Sequence record: NC_048077.1
Strand: one strand, 5' to 3'
DNA length: 64,000 nucleotides
Shown: positions 10,600 through 19,919 of the stretch, in pieces
Position numbering within the stretch: position 1 is the stretch's first letter
Layout of the letters: each line of letters opens with the position of its first letter
Position numbers and translations under genes: made by a program
Notes under the pieces: model-generated
What the model was told of the DNA's origin: nothing
The model's database searches: none
Seen by the model: only the letters and a program-made list of their open reading frames with translations

Positions 10600-11179
10600 T
10601 TTGGATATCACTCCAGTTTCTACTGATGACGAGTGGAGCGCGTTAAGCCCTTTTAAACTCGGCCCTTGTCGAACGGCAGGCGGTACTTTATTTTTCAATT
10701 TCGAAAATCTCTGGCAGTACAGTAAAGTTTATCCGGAACATCTGGAATCAGATAACGATCTTCTTTGCGGAGAAGTTGCTTCGGAATGGTTTCGCTGGCA
10801 CATGAGCGGCGCACGCGAAAGAAGAGGCATTCGCTATCCTATGGGGAAAGGAGCAAAAGCAAAATTCTCCGTTTGGGGAAACCTGCGCCTTTCCTATATC
10901 TCAGCACGTAAAATGATTTACGTTCCTGAATATTCAAAACTGCTTTTGGCTAACACGAAGTTCCGAAAACTTTTAAGGCAGTACAATAAAGGCGCTAACA
11001 TTGTCATTCGTGATTACGATACTTACGATGCTTTGAAAGCGTATGCGAATAAAAAAGAACATCATCCGTTTCTTTATGCGTTGAATAATCCTGATAAGAA
11101 ATTCGGTCATGGTTTCGTTATTGGCATGGCGCTGATGTTGAACCCTGTTCCCGGATGGTACGATCAATGGGTGCTGTAA
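10538..11179 (+). CDS. NADAR-superfamily / DUF6939-like protein (putative ADP-ribose-processing enzyme)
   Basis: LSPF..G, FENLWQYSKVY (cf. NADAR EG.hQ.hKV), YISARKMIYVPEY, IRDYD, GHGF motifs. Confidence 0.5.
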   Translation: MKKMGTVTVLSLKDKAPKNVDLDITPVSTDDEWSALSPFKLGPCRTAGGTLFFNFENLWQYSKVYPEHLESDNDLLCGEVASEWFRWHMSGARERRGIRYPMGKGAKAKFSVWGNLRLSYISARKMIYVPEYSKLLLANTKFRKLLRQYNKGANIVIRDYDTYDALKAYANKKEHHPFLYALNNPDKKFGHGFVIGMALMLNPVPGWYDQWVL

Positions 11180-11868
11180 TGTATAACGTAAACGAACCTC
11201 TAAGCCCAATGTTGAGAGATATAAAAATGCGTTCAATGCCTATGAAAACTTTATTTATCAGCGTCACCGATTCTCAGTTTGGTACTCATGCCGCTCGTAT
11301 CTCCAATGAACTGGCTAAAGTTCTTCTTGCTGATCCGGTTGAGTCCGTTTGTGTTCTGCGCAAAACCAATTCTAATCTGCACGTTTTCGAAATCTATTTT
11401 TGCAAATCAGCGGAGATTGATTTCAACGGCGCAGAATACCACGTTCGTTTTGTTCCGCTCTCGCGCCCGGTAGCAACTTATCCCGGCACCGGAATGTTCG
11501 ATCCGTCGATTCTGAATAGCGCTATTGAAAACGGTTCGCTGTTGAACGATCAGCTTTTCACTTCTGAAATGCAACGTGCTTCCAGACAAACGCTCTCGCC
11601 TGTTGTGATGAATGCCTCTGTTCGTCACCGCATTGGTGATTACTCCGCACATCTGACTGCGAAAGATAACACGATTAAGGCGCTCAACGACGAACTGAAT
11701 TTACATCGCGCCGTTCTGCGTAAAGACTATTGGATTTGGGAGGACGATTTTAAATCTAATGGTTTGGACTCATTGAACTGCCCAATCTTAATTTCTCCGG
11801 AACAGTTACGCAGTCTGATTCTCGCTGCAACGCGAAGTTCAGAACTTGCATTGGAGATTAGTGAGTAA
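11179..11868 (+). CDS. hypothetical protein
   Basis: TAATG coupling to upstream gene. Confidence 0.7.
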   Translation: MYNVNEPLSPMLRDIKMRSMPMKTLFISVTDSQFGTHAARISNELAKVLLADPVESVCVLRKTNSNLHVFEIYFCKSAEIDFNGAEYHVRFVPLSRPVATYPGTGMFDPSILNSAIENGSLLNDQLFTSEMQRASRQTLSPVVMNASVRHRIGDYSAHLTAKDNTIKALNDELNLHRAVLRKDYWIWEDDFKSNGLDSLNCPILISPEQLRSLILAATRSSELALEISE

Positions 11869-12185
11869 TGTTCAGCACAATGATGTTTATTCGTGTCTTC
11901 GGATCTAGTTACATGATCAATCCTACTTTGATTGATGCTGGACGAAAAACTGTCGTAGTAGATCCGAAAGATTTTGTTCCACTGATTCCCGGCTTTGTTG
12001 TCGGTGCGCCTTACGCTATTTGCCCGTTGCCTAAAATCTTGAAAAAGGTTGGGTGTGATTGGCGAGTAAAATCTTTCGAGCGCCTCGAATCGGGCAAATG
12101 GCGCTACTTGTTTCATTACCTTAATACGGAATGGACAGTAGAAATGATCGTGGGAAAAGATTATGGGAAAGTTATCAAAGGCTGA
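11868..12185 (+). CDS. hypothetical protein
   Basis: TAATG coupling. Confidence 0.6.
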   Translation: MFSTMMFIRVFGSSYMINPTLIDAGRKTVVVDPKDFVPLIPGFVVGAPYAICPLPKILKKVGCDWRVKSFERLESGKWRYLFHYLNTEWTVEMIVGKDYGKVIKG

Positions 12186-13332
12186 TCAGATTCGTCATGC
12201 GCAGGCGATGGATCTAATCAATAGTGATAAACCTCTCACGTTCGATCAGAAACTTTTTGTGTATGAAAACTATTTCGAAAGCGCTACCAGTAACGTGCGT
12301 GAACTCGGAAGTTTTCATACACCTCTTTCTTACGCGTGGGATTTTGAATTGGATATTCAAGGATATGGATCGCTCGTTGACCTGTGCGCAGGCACGGGCA
12401 TTTTGTCGTTCTGCTACAGACACCGCATGAAATACTATCATCCGGATGAAGTGCCTACGATTGTTTGCGTGGAAATAAATAAAGAATACTGCGACATAGG
12501 CAAGAGACTTTTGCCCGAAGCAATTTGGGTAAACGATGATGCGTTGACTCATGATGTTTTGCAGTATCTTGATCCGTGTACGAAATTTAAGAATGCGATA
12601 AGCAATCCACCATTCGGATATTTGAAAACGTCCGAACATATGGGAAAATATCGCGGGAAAGATTTTGAATTTCGAATCATAGAGCGTGCCTCACAAGTAG
12701 CGGAATATGGTTCGTTCATTATCCCACAACAAAGCGCCCCGTTCACATATTCTGGAACGAGACACTATCAGGAACGAGATAGCAAAAAATATATCAACTT
12801 CCACAAAGATACCGGCATCGAATTAACAGCGGGTATCGGCGTAGATAGTTCCGTCTACAAAGATGAATGGAAAAATACTTCGATACTCTGCGAAGATGTA
12901 CAAGCAGACTTCACGAAGGAGCCAAACAGAATGAAGCAACGATTGAAATTGATGCACGGCGACACGCTGGAAAAAATCAGAACGATTCCTGATACCAGTG
13001 TGGATCTGATCGTGTTCAGTACCGTTAATAAACGTTGGACTGATCCGATTCAAATGCAGGAACTCTATGAAGAGTTTATGCGCGTGAAAACTGATAACGG
13101 AATCATCATCGTTACAACCGGGCATCGTTTAGATCCTAAAACATATCATGCGCTGATCAAAAAGCACTGTCCTAAAAATGGAGTGGTGTTAGATCCTTAT
13201 ATGCTGCGCGGATACACCGGATACATTTGCGCGAAACTCCAACTCAAGTATATAGGCATCGAGCAAGATCCTCTCTTTTACTCGGTTTGTAAAAGTTACA
13301 TTGTTGATGCGTATAAAAAGTTCAGTCAATAA
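12163..13332 (+). CDS. DNA adenine methyltransferase (motif I before motif IV) fused to a degenerate beta-type MTase domain
   Basis: Motif I DLCAGTG, motif IV ISNPPF; C-terminal HGDTLE..IPDTSVDLI...VLDPYMLRGYTG..YIGIEQD lacks DPPY. Confidence 0.8.
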   Translation: MGKLSKADQIRHAQAMDLINSDKPLTFDQKLFVYENYFESATSNVRELGSFHTPLSYAWDFELDIQGYGSLVDLCAGTGILSFCYRHRMKYYHPDEVPTIVCVEINKEYCDIGKRLLPEAIWVNDDALTHDVLQYLDPCTKFKNAISNPPFGYLKTSEHMGKYRGKDFEFRIIERASQVAEYGSFIIPQQSAPFTYSGTRHYQERDSKKYINFHKDTGIELTAGIGVDSSVYKDEWKNTSILCEDVQADFTKEPNRMKQRLKLMHGDTLEKIRTIPDTSVDLIVFSTVNKRWTDPIQMQELYEEFMRVKTDNGIIIVTTGHRLDPKTYHALIKKHCPKNGVVLDPYMLRGYTGYICAKLQLKYIGIEQDPLFYSVCKSYIVDAYKKFSQ

Positions 13333-13345
13333 TTAGAGGAAACGT

Positions 13346-13534
13346 ATGAGGAAAACTCCAGTAGCCGTTTGCGTAAACTCTGCGTTGATGCGCGGTGCAA
13401 CTATAGCTGCCTATTCAGAAGAATATAACTGGCATTATGTTCCAATCTCTGACGAAGAATTTTTGCGTCGCGTAGTAGCAAACGGCAAGTCTGCATTAAT
13501 AAAGGATCGACAATGGGAAAGCTCAAAGTTTTAG
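13346..13534 (+). CDS. small hypothetical protein
   Basis: SD GAGGA, fills gap between the two MTases. Confidence 0.55.
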   Translation: MRKTPVAVCVNSALMRGATIAAYSEEYNWHYVPISDEEFLRRVVANGKSALIKDRQWESSKF

Positions 13535-14736
13535 TTGGCGATTGCAAAAAGAGTTTAAAAAAGATTCCCGACGCCAGTGTTCAAATGTGTGTGACAAGCC
13601 CTCCTTACTACGGTCTGCGTGATTATGGAAATCCCGCGCAGATCGGATTAGAGGAAACTCCGGAACAGTACATTGAATCTTTGGTAGAAGTTTTTCGCGA
13701 AGTGAAACGCACTCTTAAAGATGACGGCGTGTTGTGGTTAAACATTGGCGATAGCTACTACAATCCTTCGAGAAAGAAACACAAAAATCTCAAAGGAAAA
13801 GATTTGATTGGCATTCCGTGGATGCTTGCTTTTGCTTTGCGTCAGGATGGCTGGTATTTACGTCAGGACATTATCTGGCAGAAAACATCGCCTATGCCTG
13901 AAAGCGTTCGTGACCGCTGCACCGGAAGCCACGAATACATGTTTCTTCTCGCTAAGTCTCCGAAATATTATTTCGATAACGAGGCGATCAAAACTCCTGT
14001 TAAGCAGGATTGGGGAACACGTAATCGCAAGGATGGGAAGTATCACAACGAAGGAACCGGATTGCAGCCACATTCCGGATTAGAAAAAAGTTATTCCAAA
14101 GCGAACAAGCGAAGTGTTTGGACGCTCGCGCCTCAGCCGTTCAAAGGCGCACACTTTGCAGTCTATCCACCGGATTTAATTCTGCCTTGTATTCTCGCAG
14201 GATCGAGAAAAGGCGATACCGTTTTAGATCCGTTTGGCGGTTCCGGAACAACGGCGGCAGTAGCGAAATATTTAAATCGCAATGCAATCCTTTGCGAACT
14301 GAATCCGGAATACGCAAAAATAATGCCGCAGCGTGTCGAGAGTGTTCTCGCAAACTATGCTGCAAAGAAAAAATCCCCACTTACTTTATTACGCGAACCT
14401 AAAAACTTGCGAAAAGTTAAGAAGGGAAGTGCTGATCTGATAGTTGTTGAAAAATTCGATCTGCCTATCTCTGAAATCTCACGAATCAAATCTGACAATG
14501 GTTCTGCTTTTGTCTTGGATAGAAAACTTTCGGTGAAAGAACTTACTGAACTTATTCTGTCGAACACAACGGAAGGCCAAACAGTTTTCTCACCAAACAT
14601 CCGGAAAGGAAGAATCGGTGTTGTGTGCGCTAAACTGAATCGTCGTCTGATAGGAATCGGTCATAAACATTATGACGAGGCCAAAGAGAAGATCGTTAAG
14701 AGCTATCGCAAGCACTATAAAGAACAATCCGCGTAA
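13513..14736 (+). CDS. beta-class N4-cytosine/N6-adenine DNA methyltransferase with degenerate C-terminal MTase-like repeat
   Basis: VTSPPYY (motif IV), LRQDIIWQK, HEYMF, HFAVYP, VLDPFGGSGTT (motif I), CELNPEY. Confidence 0.92.
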   Translation: MGKLKVLVGDCKKSLKKIPDASVQMCVTSPPYYGLRDYGNPAQIGLEETPEQYIESLVEVFREVKRTLKDDGVLWLNIGDSYYNPSRKKHKNLKGKDLIGIPWMLAFALRQDGWYLRQDIIWQKTSPMPESVRDRCTGSHEYMFLLAKSPKYYFDNEAIKTPVKQDWGTRNRKDGKYHNEGTGLQPHSGLEKSYSKANKRSVWTLAPQPFKGAHFAVYPPDLILPCILAGSRKGDTVLDPFGGSGTTAAVAKYLNRNAILCELNPEYAKIMPQRVESVLANYAAKKKSPLTLLREPKNLRKVKKGSADLIVVEKFDLPISEISRIKSDNGSAFVLDRKLSVKELTELILSNTTEGQTVFSPNIRKGRIGVVCAKLNRRLIGIGHKHYDEAKEKIVKSYRKHYKEQSA

Positions 14737-14792
14737 GTCTCCCGGCGGGGAAATGGAATGCCCCGCAAAACTCCCTTCTCTTTGTCCTTTGA

Positions 14793-14850
14793 AGTCTACA
14801 AATCGCTGTCCAAAATACCGCTCGAAACTCCCCTATTTTCTTGATATCCT
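14793..14850 (+). promoter_or_regulatory. class-I phage promoter (box + N28 + -10)
   Basis: TGTCCAAAAT 14807-14816, 28 nt, TATCCT 14845-14850. Confidence 0.7.
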
Positions 14851-14912
14851 AAACCCTCTAGGGCGCATTGCGTCCACATACTGTCAATAACCCAAATAAA
14901 GGATTCATCTAT

Positions 14913-15248
14913 ATGTCTACTATCTCTGACGTGAAAGGTATTGTTGCTTGTGTACTGGCTAACCCGGTTACGCTTCCTCTTACTGTTGCGTTTGGTAGCG
15001 CTCACGTCGATCCGGAATACCAACTCGAAATAACCGAGCGCGATATGCAGGATGTAACGCCGCTCGATCTGGAAGAACAGACAGTGCTTCTTAATGCACG
15101 CATCGACGCTAATAAAAACGTGCGTTACATTTTAATCGGCGAGTGGAATGCGCTCGAATCTTTCATGAAAGAAAATTTCCGCGTCGGTAGTTATCATTCG
15201 TACATGCAGAAACTTGAAGCCGAAGATAAATACCGCAACAAGATTTAA
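14913..15248 (+). CDS. hypothetical protein
   Basis: ATG 14913, SD AAGGA, first gene after promoter. Confidence 0.75.
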   Translation: MSTISDVKGIVACVLANPVTLPLTVAFGSAHVDPEYQLEITERDMQDVTPLDLEEQTVLLNARIDANKNVRYILIGEWNALESFMKENFRVGSYHSYMQKLEAEDKYRNKI

Positions 15249-15310
15249 ATAAAAACTCATGCGCTCAAACAAGGGCGCATTTCTCTCAAAATCGTTTAAG
15301 GATAAATTTT

Positions 15311-15790
15311 ATGTACACGTTAAATCAAATCGTTCAGAAGATCATTAACCACGTTCCGGACGTGGCAGAAATCAGTCACATCGAATTCATTCATAAAAGC
15401 GGTTGTGATTATGTTTACTTCCAACTGCACGGCATTACTTATCGTGTTGATGCTGGCTTGTCTGTTGAAGAGAAAGACGGTTCGTTTTTAGTTTCTTCTC
15501 AGGCCGCACGAAATATTCAGGCTGTTCTCCGTGGCGAACGTAAAACGCTTATCAATACAGAAGCGCGTAACAAAGCGGTTGACGATATCGTTAACAACGC
15601 ATCGCACATTGAATTGCAGGAAGTTCTGATCGGTATTGGCGAGCCGGAAGAAGGTTCGTTAGAAGAGTTGCAGAAAGCGGTGCGTGATTGGCTGCACGGT
15701 GATAGCAAAATGCTGATCGAGAAAATGGAAATCATCTGGCTGTTCTTCGGTCATGATAAAGCAACTGCATTCAATGAGGCGTTTCGCTAA
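15311..15790 (+). CDS. hypothetical protein
   Basis: SD AAGGA. Confidence 0.8.
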   Translation: MYTLNQIVQKIINHVPDVAEISHIEFIHKSGCDYVYFQLHGITYRVDAGLSVEEKDGSFLVSSQAARNIQAVLRGERKTLINTEARNKAVDDIVNNASHIELQEVLIGIGEPEEGSLEELQKAVRDWLHGDSKMLIEKMEIIWLFFGHDKATAFNEAFR

Positions 15791-16305
15791 TGGACATTCA
15801 AACGATTTTGAAATACACGCCGGAACAGTACAAAGAAAAAGTAACTGTTGCCCTCAACAACTACGCGCCGATTGTTGAACAATTTCAGGAAGAGATTTTC
15901 ACGCGACTTAGAGAAGTGTCAAACAAGCCATACATCACGGCAGCAAGTGAATATCTCTTTCCGGTGAAAAACATTTCTATTTATATGCGCTACGGCGCTG
16001 GTCGTGCTGGTCGCTACGGTCATGATACATTGTGCATTGCGAACATCGAAGTTCCAAAACGTCTGGAACACAAAGGCTTCTTTACTGCGCTGATCTTTTC
16101 TCTGATTGCAGAATGCCAGCAACGCAAAATCATTCTTATGGTGGAGAATCCGCTGGAAAGATTCTTTCAGGATTTTCTTTTGCGTATTGGTTTTATCTGT
16201 CCGAACCGAAATGGTTTGGGGATCGGCACTTTCCATCGTCCGATTGACGAAGGCCAGATTAGCCTTTACCCGTTCTACAATATGGATAAAGAACATGCAG
16301 AATAA
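15790..16305 (+). CDS. putative GNAT-fold acetyltransferase
   Basis: CIANIEVPKRLEHKGFFTAL (motif A-like), LMVEN...FLLRIGF (motif B-like). Confidence 0.45.
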   Translation: MDIQTILKYTPEQYKEKVTVALNNYAPIVEQFQEEIFTRLREVSNKPYITAASEYLFPVKNISIYMRYGAGRAGRYGHDTLCIANIEVPKRLEHKGFFTALIFSLIAECQQRKIILMVENPLERFFQDFLLRIGFICPNRNGLGIGTFHRPIDEGQISLYPFYNMDKEHAE

Positions 16306-16720
16306 TTACGCTGTTAATATGGTCGCTGGTTTCATTCGTGAGATAGCGCGAGCGCCGCATCGAATCTTTAACGAAGTTCCAATTCGTTTTGGTTCCGGCG
16401 AAACTGTTGTGTCAGTAGAAAAAGAATCGCACGCAGTTGTTGCAACGTTAGTTGATTGTCCGATTGAATCGCACGAAGAACTTTTAGCATTCGTTAATGC
16501 TACGTTCAAACAGCTTTCCGGATATCGCGCTACGTTGCGTTTTCTTGGCGGTACGGATCTGAATCAATACGCCGACGATCATTTGCATGAACTCACTGAA
16601 CACTGGCAATGCAAATATGATGTTGTGCGAACTGGTTATTATTCTCTGGAAGTGTTTCGTTGTCTTCCATACAAAGAAGGGCGAAAAAGTGAAATTTCGC
16701 AAACTGCTGACCCGCAATAA
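16295..16720 (+). CDS. hypothetical protein
   Basis: ATG at 16295 within ORF 16106..16720. Confidence 0.6.
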   Translation: MQNNYAVNMVAGFIREIARAPHRIFNEVPIRFGSGETVVSVEKESHAVVATLVDCPIESHEELLAFVNATFKQLSGYRATLRFLGGTDLNQYADDHLHELTEHWQCKYDVVRTGYYSLEVFRCLPYKEGRKSEISQTADPQ

Positions 16721-16964
16721 AAACAGGCGCTCCATTTCCGCAAGCTGTTTTATCGGACGTTTGTTTTTCGAAATTGGCGTAGGGCGTGAGTTATGGTACT
16801 TCACGCGCTTTGGTAAAAATAACGATCATCGCATTTATCATTTGTTTCATGTAGGTGTTACGCGTCTGGTGAATCCTAGCGGCGAAGCGCACACTGATGT
16901 GTTGGTGATCTCATTTCTCCTGCTGAATATTAAATTTGGCTGGATGACAATTAAGGATAAGTAA
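16689..16964 (+). CDS. hypothetical protein
   Basis: GTG at 16689 fills gap; TAATG coupling to next gene. Confidence 0.45.
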   Translation: MKFRKLLTRNKNRRSISASCFIGRLFFEIGVGRELWYFTRFGKNNDHRIYHLFHVGVTRLVNPSGEAHTDVLVISFLLLNIKFGWMTIKDK

Positions 16965-17182
16965 TGGCTGATTACACCAAAGAAGTGCTTGAGCAAATGA
17001 ACATTGCTCAACTCACTGACATTGCCGACGAGTTTCGTTTGTATGAGGATATGCACGACGACGATGACGCTCCTGATCAATCGGAAATGATTGAAGATAT
17101 TCTGGCAGAACAAGAACGTTTGAATCGTGCTAACGAATATTCTTTGAACCGTCTGAAAAATTCTATTCTTACGCGAGACTAA
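16964..17182 (+). CDS. small acidic protein with HeH/Rho-N-like module
   Basis: LEQMNIAQLTDIADEFRL...QSEMIEDIL; SD AAGGA. Confidence 0.65.
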   Translation: MADYTKEVLEQMNIAQLTDIADEFRLYEDMHDDDDAPDQSEMIEDILAEQERLNRANEYSLNRLKNSILTRD

Positions 17183-17183
17183 A

Positions 17184-17942
17184 ATGCCGAAACCTAAAAA
17201 ACAAACTCTGTTCGATTCGCTGCACGCCAAATTCTTCACAAAGAATCCGTGCGCACAAATGCAAGATATTCTGCGCATCGTTGTGGTGAAGCCTGTTAAC
17301 TCTCTTCACTTCAAATTGGTTGTGCGTCCTGCTGCATGGAATCAACACGAAGAAAACTTTCGTGAGATTTCTATTAGACGTGCCGAACTGCATTACGTCG
17401 ATATAATCTGCACGCAGGGAACTTTCGCTGATAGCACTCACGCCGAAACAATGGAACAGGCGATGGATGCAATCTATAAATATCTTTCGGCACGAAGCAT
17501 AACCCGAACAAAACTTTTCGACGCTGCTGCTGTTTACGCGCACACGTTGAGAAATAGCGGTGCCGCTGGCGTTTCAGTTTCTGATTGTATTGACCGGATC
17601 ATCATTCGTGATTTATCTGTAAACTACTCTACAGAACTGCACATAACGCAGAAAAGCAACGGCAGAATTACAATGTCGTTGTATGCGAACGGCGAACTTT
17701 CATTTTGTACCGAACCACAAACGGAACAGCAACTAATAGACAAAGCAACTTACGTTTTGTTTGGCGGTGGTCCGGTTGAGGACGCGCTACCTAAATTGCT
17801 TCGCCACGAAGTTAAAGCCGTGACTCAAATGTTGGAGAAATACAATGTCAATCTTAACGAGGACACAATCACTTTTAAGAAGGAAGATTTTTTCTCCTTT
17901 GTTGGCGATCTTGTTCAGCACAAAGCGCCGGGCAAGAATTAG
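17184..17942 (+). CDS. hypothetical protein
   Basis: 252 aa ORF in gene run. Confidence 0.75.
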   Translation: MPKPKKQTLFDSLHAKFFTKNPCAQMQDILRIVVVKPVNSLHFKLVVRPAAWNQHEENFREISIRRAELHYVDIICTQGTFADSTHAETMEQAMDAIYKYLSARSITRTKLFDAAAVYAHTLRNSGAAGVSVSDCIDRIIIRDLSVNYSTELHITQKSNGRITMSLYANGELSFCTEPQTEQQLIDKATYVLFGGGPVEDALPKLLRHEVKAVTQMLEKYNVNLNEDTITFKKEDFFSFVGDLVQHKAPGKN

Positions 17943-18102
17943 TTTAGCCGTAGCGTTTGCCCTGTACATTTGCTTTATCCTGTTTGACGCGTTTGTTTAT
18001 CACGTCTCACAACCTGTTCGCATGTTCGTTATTTTCATTGCGAGCGTATTCTTCGGTCACGCTTTGTTTCAGGCGTTTCCGATCAGGAGTCGTCGGTCAT
18101 GA
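17845..18102 (+). CDS. possible small membrane protein (start uncertain)
   Basis: Two hydrophobic segments; fills gap. Confidence 0.35.
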   Translation: MSILTRTQSLLRRKIFSPLLAILFSTKRRARISLAVAFALYICFILFDAFVYHVSQPVRMFVIFIASVFFGHALFQAFPIRSRRS

Positions 18103-18194
18103 TTGAGTACGGCGACATAAAATTCCATATGTCAAACCGTCGATTCTGGTTTTGGATCGCGGTTGCACTATTTCTTATAATCTCTCTTAATTGA
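18099..18194 (+). CDS. small membrane peptide (31 aa)
   Basis: Own translation MIEYGDIKFHMSNRRFWFWIAVALFLIISLN; SD AGGAG; ATGA overlap. Confidence 0.45.
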   Translation: MIEYGDIKFHMSNRRFWFWIAVALFLIISLN

Positions 18195-18208
18195 GGAAAG
18201 GTACTAAA

Positions 18209-18802
18209 ATGAAAAACTTCTTTGCAAAATTCTTCGACCTTCGCGCTTACGACAACTGGAACCTCGGCGCGTTTTTCCTTCTCTTCATTGCCTACGCTGT
18301 TATGGATGTTTTCATTCCGGACGGTTACGAGATTCTGTATTTGATTCTCGCAATCGGGTTTAACATTGCAGTGATTGTTTTTGATCAGAATGAATTGCGT
18401 AAAGCCGAAGCCAATGTGCCGTCTGCGTGGTGGATTCTTTTGATGCCTGTTTACGTTTATATGCGTGAGAAAAAGAATGGCAAAAAGAATCTGCGCGTCG
18501 CTCATGCGTATCTGCTGCTTATGCTTGCCTCAATGCTTTTCGGTTTCAGTGCTGATAACGCTCGCAATCCGGAACGCGTTGCCGCCGATGTGTGTCCTAT
18601 TGTTGACACGATTGATCTGTATCGTAACGCTCGCATTACCTGCACGCGTGCATACAACTTCACCGAACAGTATGACGGTTTCTGGAAAGGCCGTGTCCAT
18701 CTTTCGAATAACATGATTGTGTCTGTCACTGCTGATTACAATCAGAAAGATGGTTCTGTTTACGTTCAGACTCAGGGGATCTCAGATGACGCAGGTTACT
18801 AA
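18209..18802 (+). CDS. multi-pass membrane protein
   Basis: About 4 hydrophobic segments, WWILLMPVYVYMR, soluble C-terminal domain; SD GAGG. Confidence 0.75.
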   Translation: MKNFFAKFFDLRAYDNWNLGAFFLLFIAYAVMDVFIPDGYEILYLILAIGFNIAVIVFDQNELRKAEANVPSAWWILLMPVYVYMREKKNGKKNLRVAHAYLLLMLASMLFGFSADNARNPERVAADVCPIVDTIDLYRNARITCTRAYNFTEQYDGFWKGRVHLSNNMIVSVTADYNQKDGSVYVQTQGISDDAGY

Positions 18803-19136
18803 GAAACGCTACTGCCCGGAAACGGGAGTTGAGTTGCGCGAGGCGCTTGGAATTCCGCGTGTCGTGATCGTATGCCATATGATCGAACGCGAACGCGGTA
18901 GCGGTAAACGTCCTGATGGTTTCGTTTACTGCGAGAGCAAAGAGAACTTGCAGAAGTTTTCAGAGTTTATCTATCAGCAAAAAGTTTCTTCGCGTGGTGA
19001 GTGTTACTCTGAAATCCTCAACACTGAATTGGTTCAGGTCAGTGAAGAATATCTCAAAGAACTTTCCAAACATCGTGATGATCTTCATCGTCCGTGGATT
19101 TGGGAAAACTCCAGCAAGCACAATGTTATTGTGTGA
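18786..19136 (+). CDS. hypothetical protein
   Basis: ATG 18786 with SD AGGGG. Confidence 0.65.
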   Translation: MTQVTKKRYCPETGVELREALGIPRVVIVCHMIERERGSGKRPDGFVYCESKENLQKFSEFIYQQKVSSRGECYSEILNTELVQVSEEYLKELSKHRDDLHRPWIWENSSKHNVIV

Positions 19137-19144
19137 GGTGAGCT

Positions 19145-19495
19145 ATGAAAATTGACAGCACGGTAATACGAGAACTTGTGTTGAAGCAACACGAATTCCG
19201 TTCAGAGTTGTCTAACGCCGACGCGCTGTTGTGTGTATCGCAATTTGCGGCGCTGGCTGCAACTGGTTTTCCGGTTGTTGCTGGTTTTACTATGGAAGAA
19301 GTGCCGGACGGTCAAAAGGGAATTCAAGTTGTATTCCCTGATTACGGAATTCTTTCTCAAGTCACAAAAGAAGATATGCGTGAAGTTGAAAAGCGTCTCG
19401 TCGCAGATTACGATTGGGGAAGTGCTGCAATTGAACGCGGAAGTTTTTACAGCGGATTTAAAGGCCGTTCGTTCCGTTTGATTCTCCTGTATTAA
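19145..19495 (+). CDS. hypothetical protein
   Basis: SD GAGGTG. Confidence 0.75.
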   Translation: MKIDSTVIRELVLKQHEFRSELSNADALLCVSQFAALAATGFPVVAGFTMEEVPDGQKGIQVVFPDYGILSQVTKEDMREVEKRLVADYDWGSAAIERGSFYSGFKGRSFRLILLY

Positions 19496-19506
19496 GGAAA
19501 CAAAAA

Positions 19507-19755
19507 ATGCCAATGTCATTTCCAGATTTTGATTCACTGAAACGTCGTGCAACTCAACGCAATTTTCGTCAACCTAATCCTGACGAAACTGAACAGGAAT
19601 TCCGCGCCGCTTTTGCTGATTACATGTTGGAAGTTGATCGCGTCGAAAGCGCAGAAATCCGAACGGGAAAAGGTTGGGATGAAATGCAAGATGATCCTGC
19701 CGCCATGTTGCGAGCGATGGGATTAGGCGACGTTGTGGATTCGATTCGCAACTAA
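19507..19755 (+). CDS. hypothetical protein
   Basis: SD AAGGA, 82 aa. Confidence 0.75.
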   Translation: MPMSFPDFDSLKRRATQRNFRQPNPDETEQEFRAAFADYMLEVDRVESAEIRTGKGWDEMQDDPAAMLRAMGLGDVVDSIRN

Positions 19756-19762
19756 AATAAAA

Positions 19763-19792
19763 GGGAGTGGGCGAAAGCTCATTCCCTTTTTT
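19763..19792 (+). terminator. intrinsic terminator (identical to 9960 copy)
   Basis: GGGAGTGGGC-GAAA-GCTCATTCCC-TTTTTT. Confidence 0.8.
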
Positions 19793-19830
19793 GGCTTCTC
19801 CTACCGGATTCATAGGAAGCGGATAAGGCA

Positions 19831-19888
19831 AATACACAAATCCTTGTCCAAAATCTAGCTGGTTTTGGCTCCAGTTTTCAGGCATACT
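19831..19888 (+). promoter_or_regulatory. class-I phage promoter
   Basis: TGTCCAAAAT 19845-19854, 28 nt, CATACT 19883-19888. Confidence 0.65.
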
Positions 19889-19919
19889 AAAAGGGCACCA
19901 ACTACACCAATATAAGGAA

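Noticed and set aside
14793-14816. Class-I box as a host CRP or Fis site
   Set aside because: Not palindromic and does not match TGTGA-N6-TCACA; it is a direct-repeat A-tract arrangement
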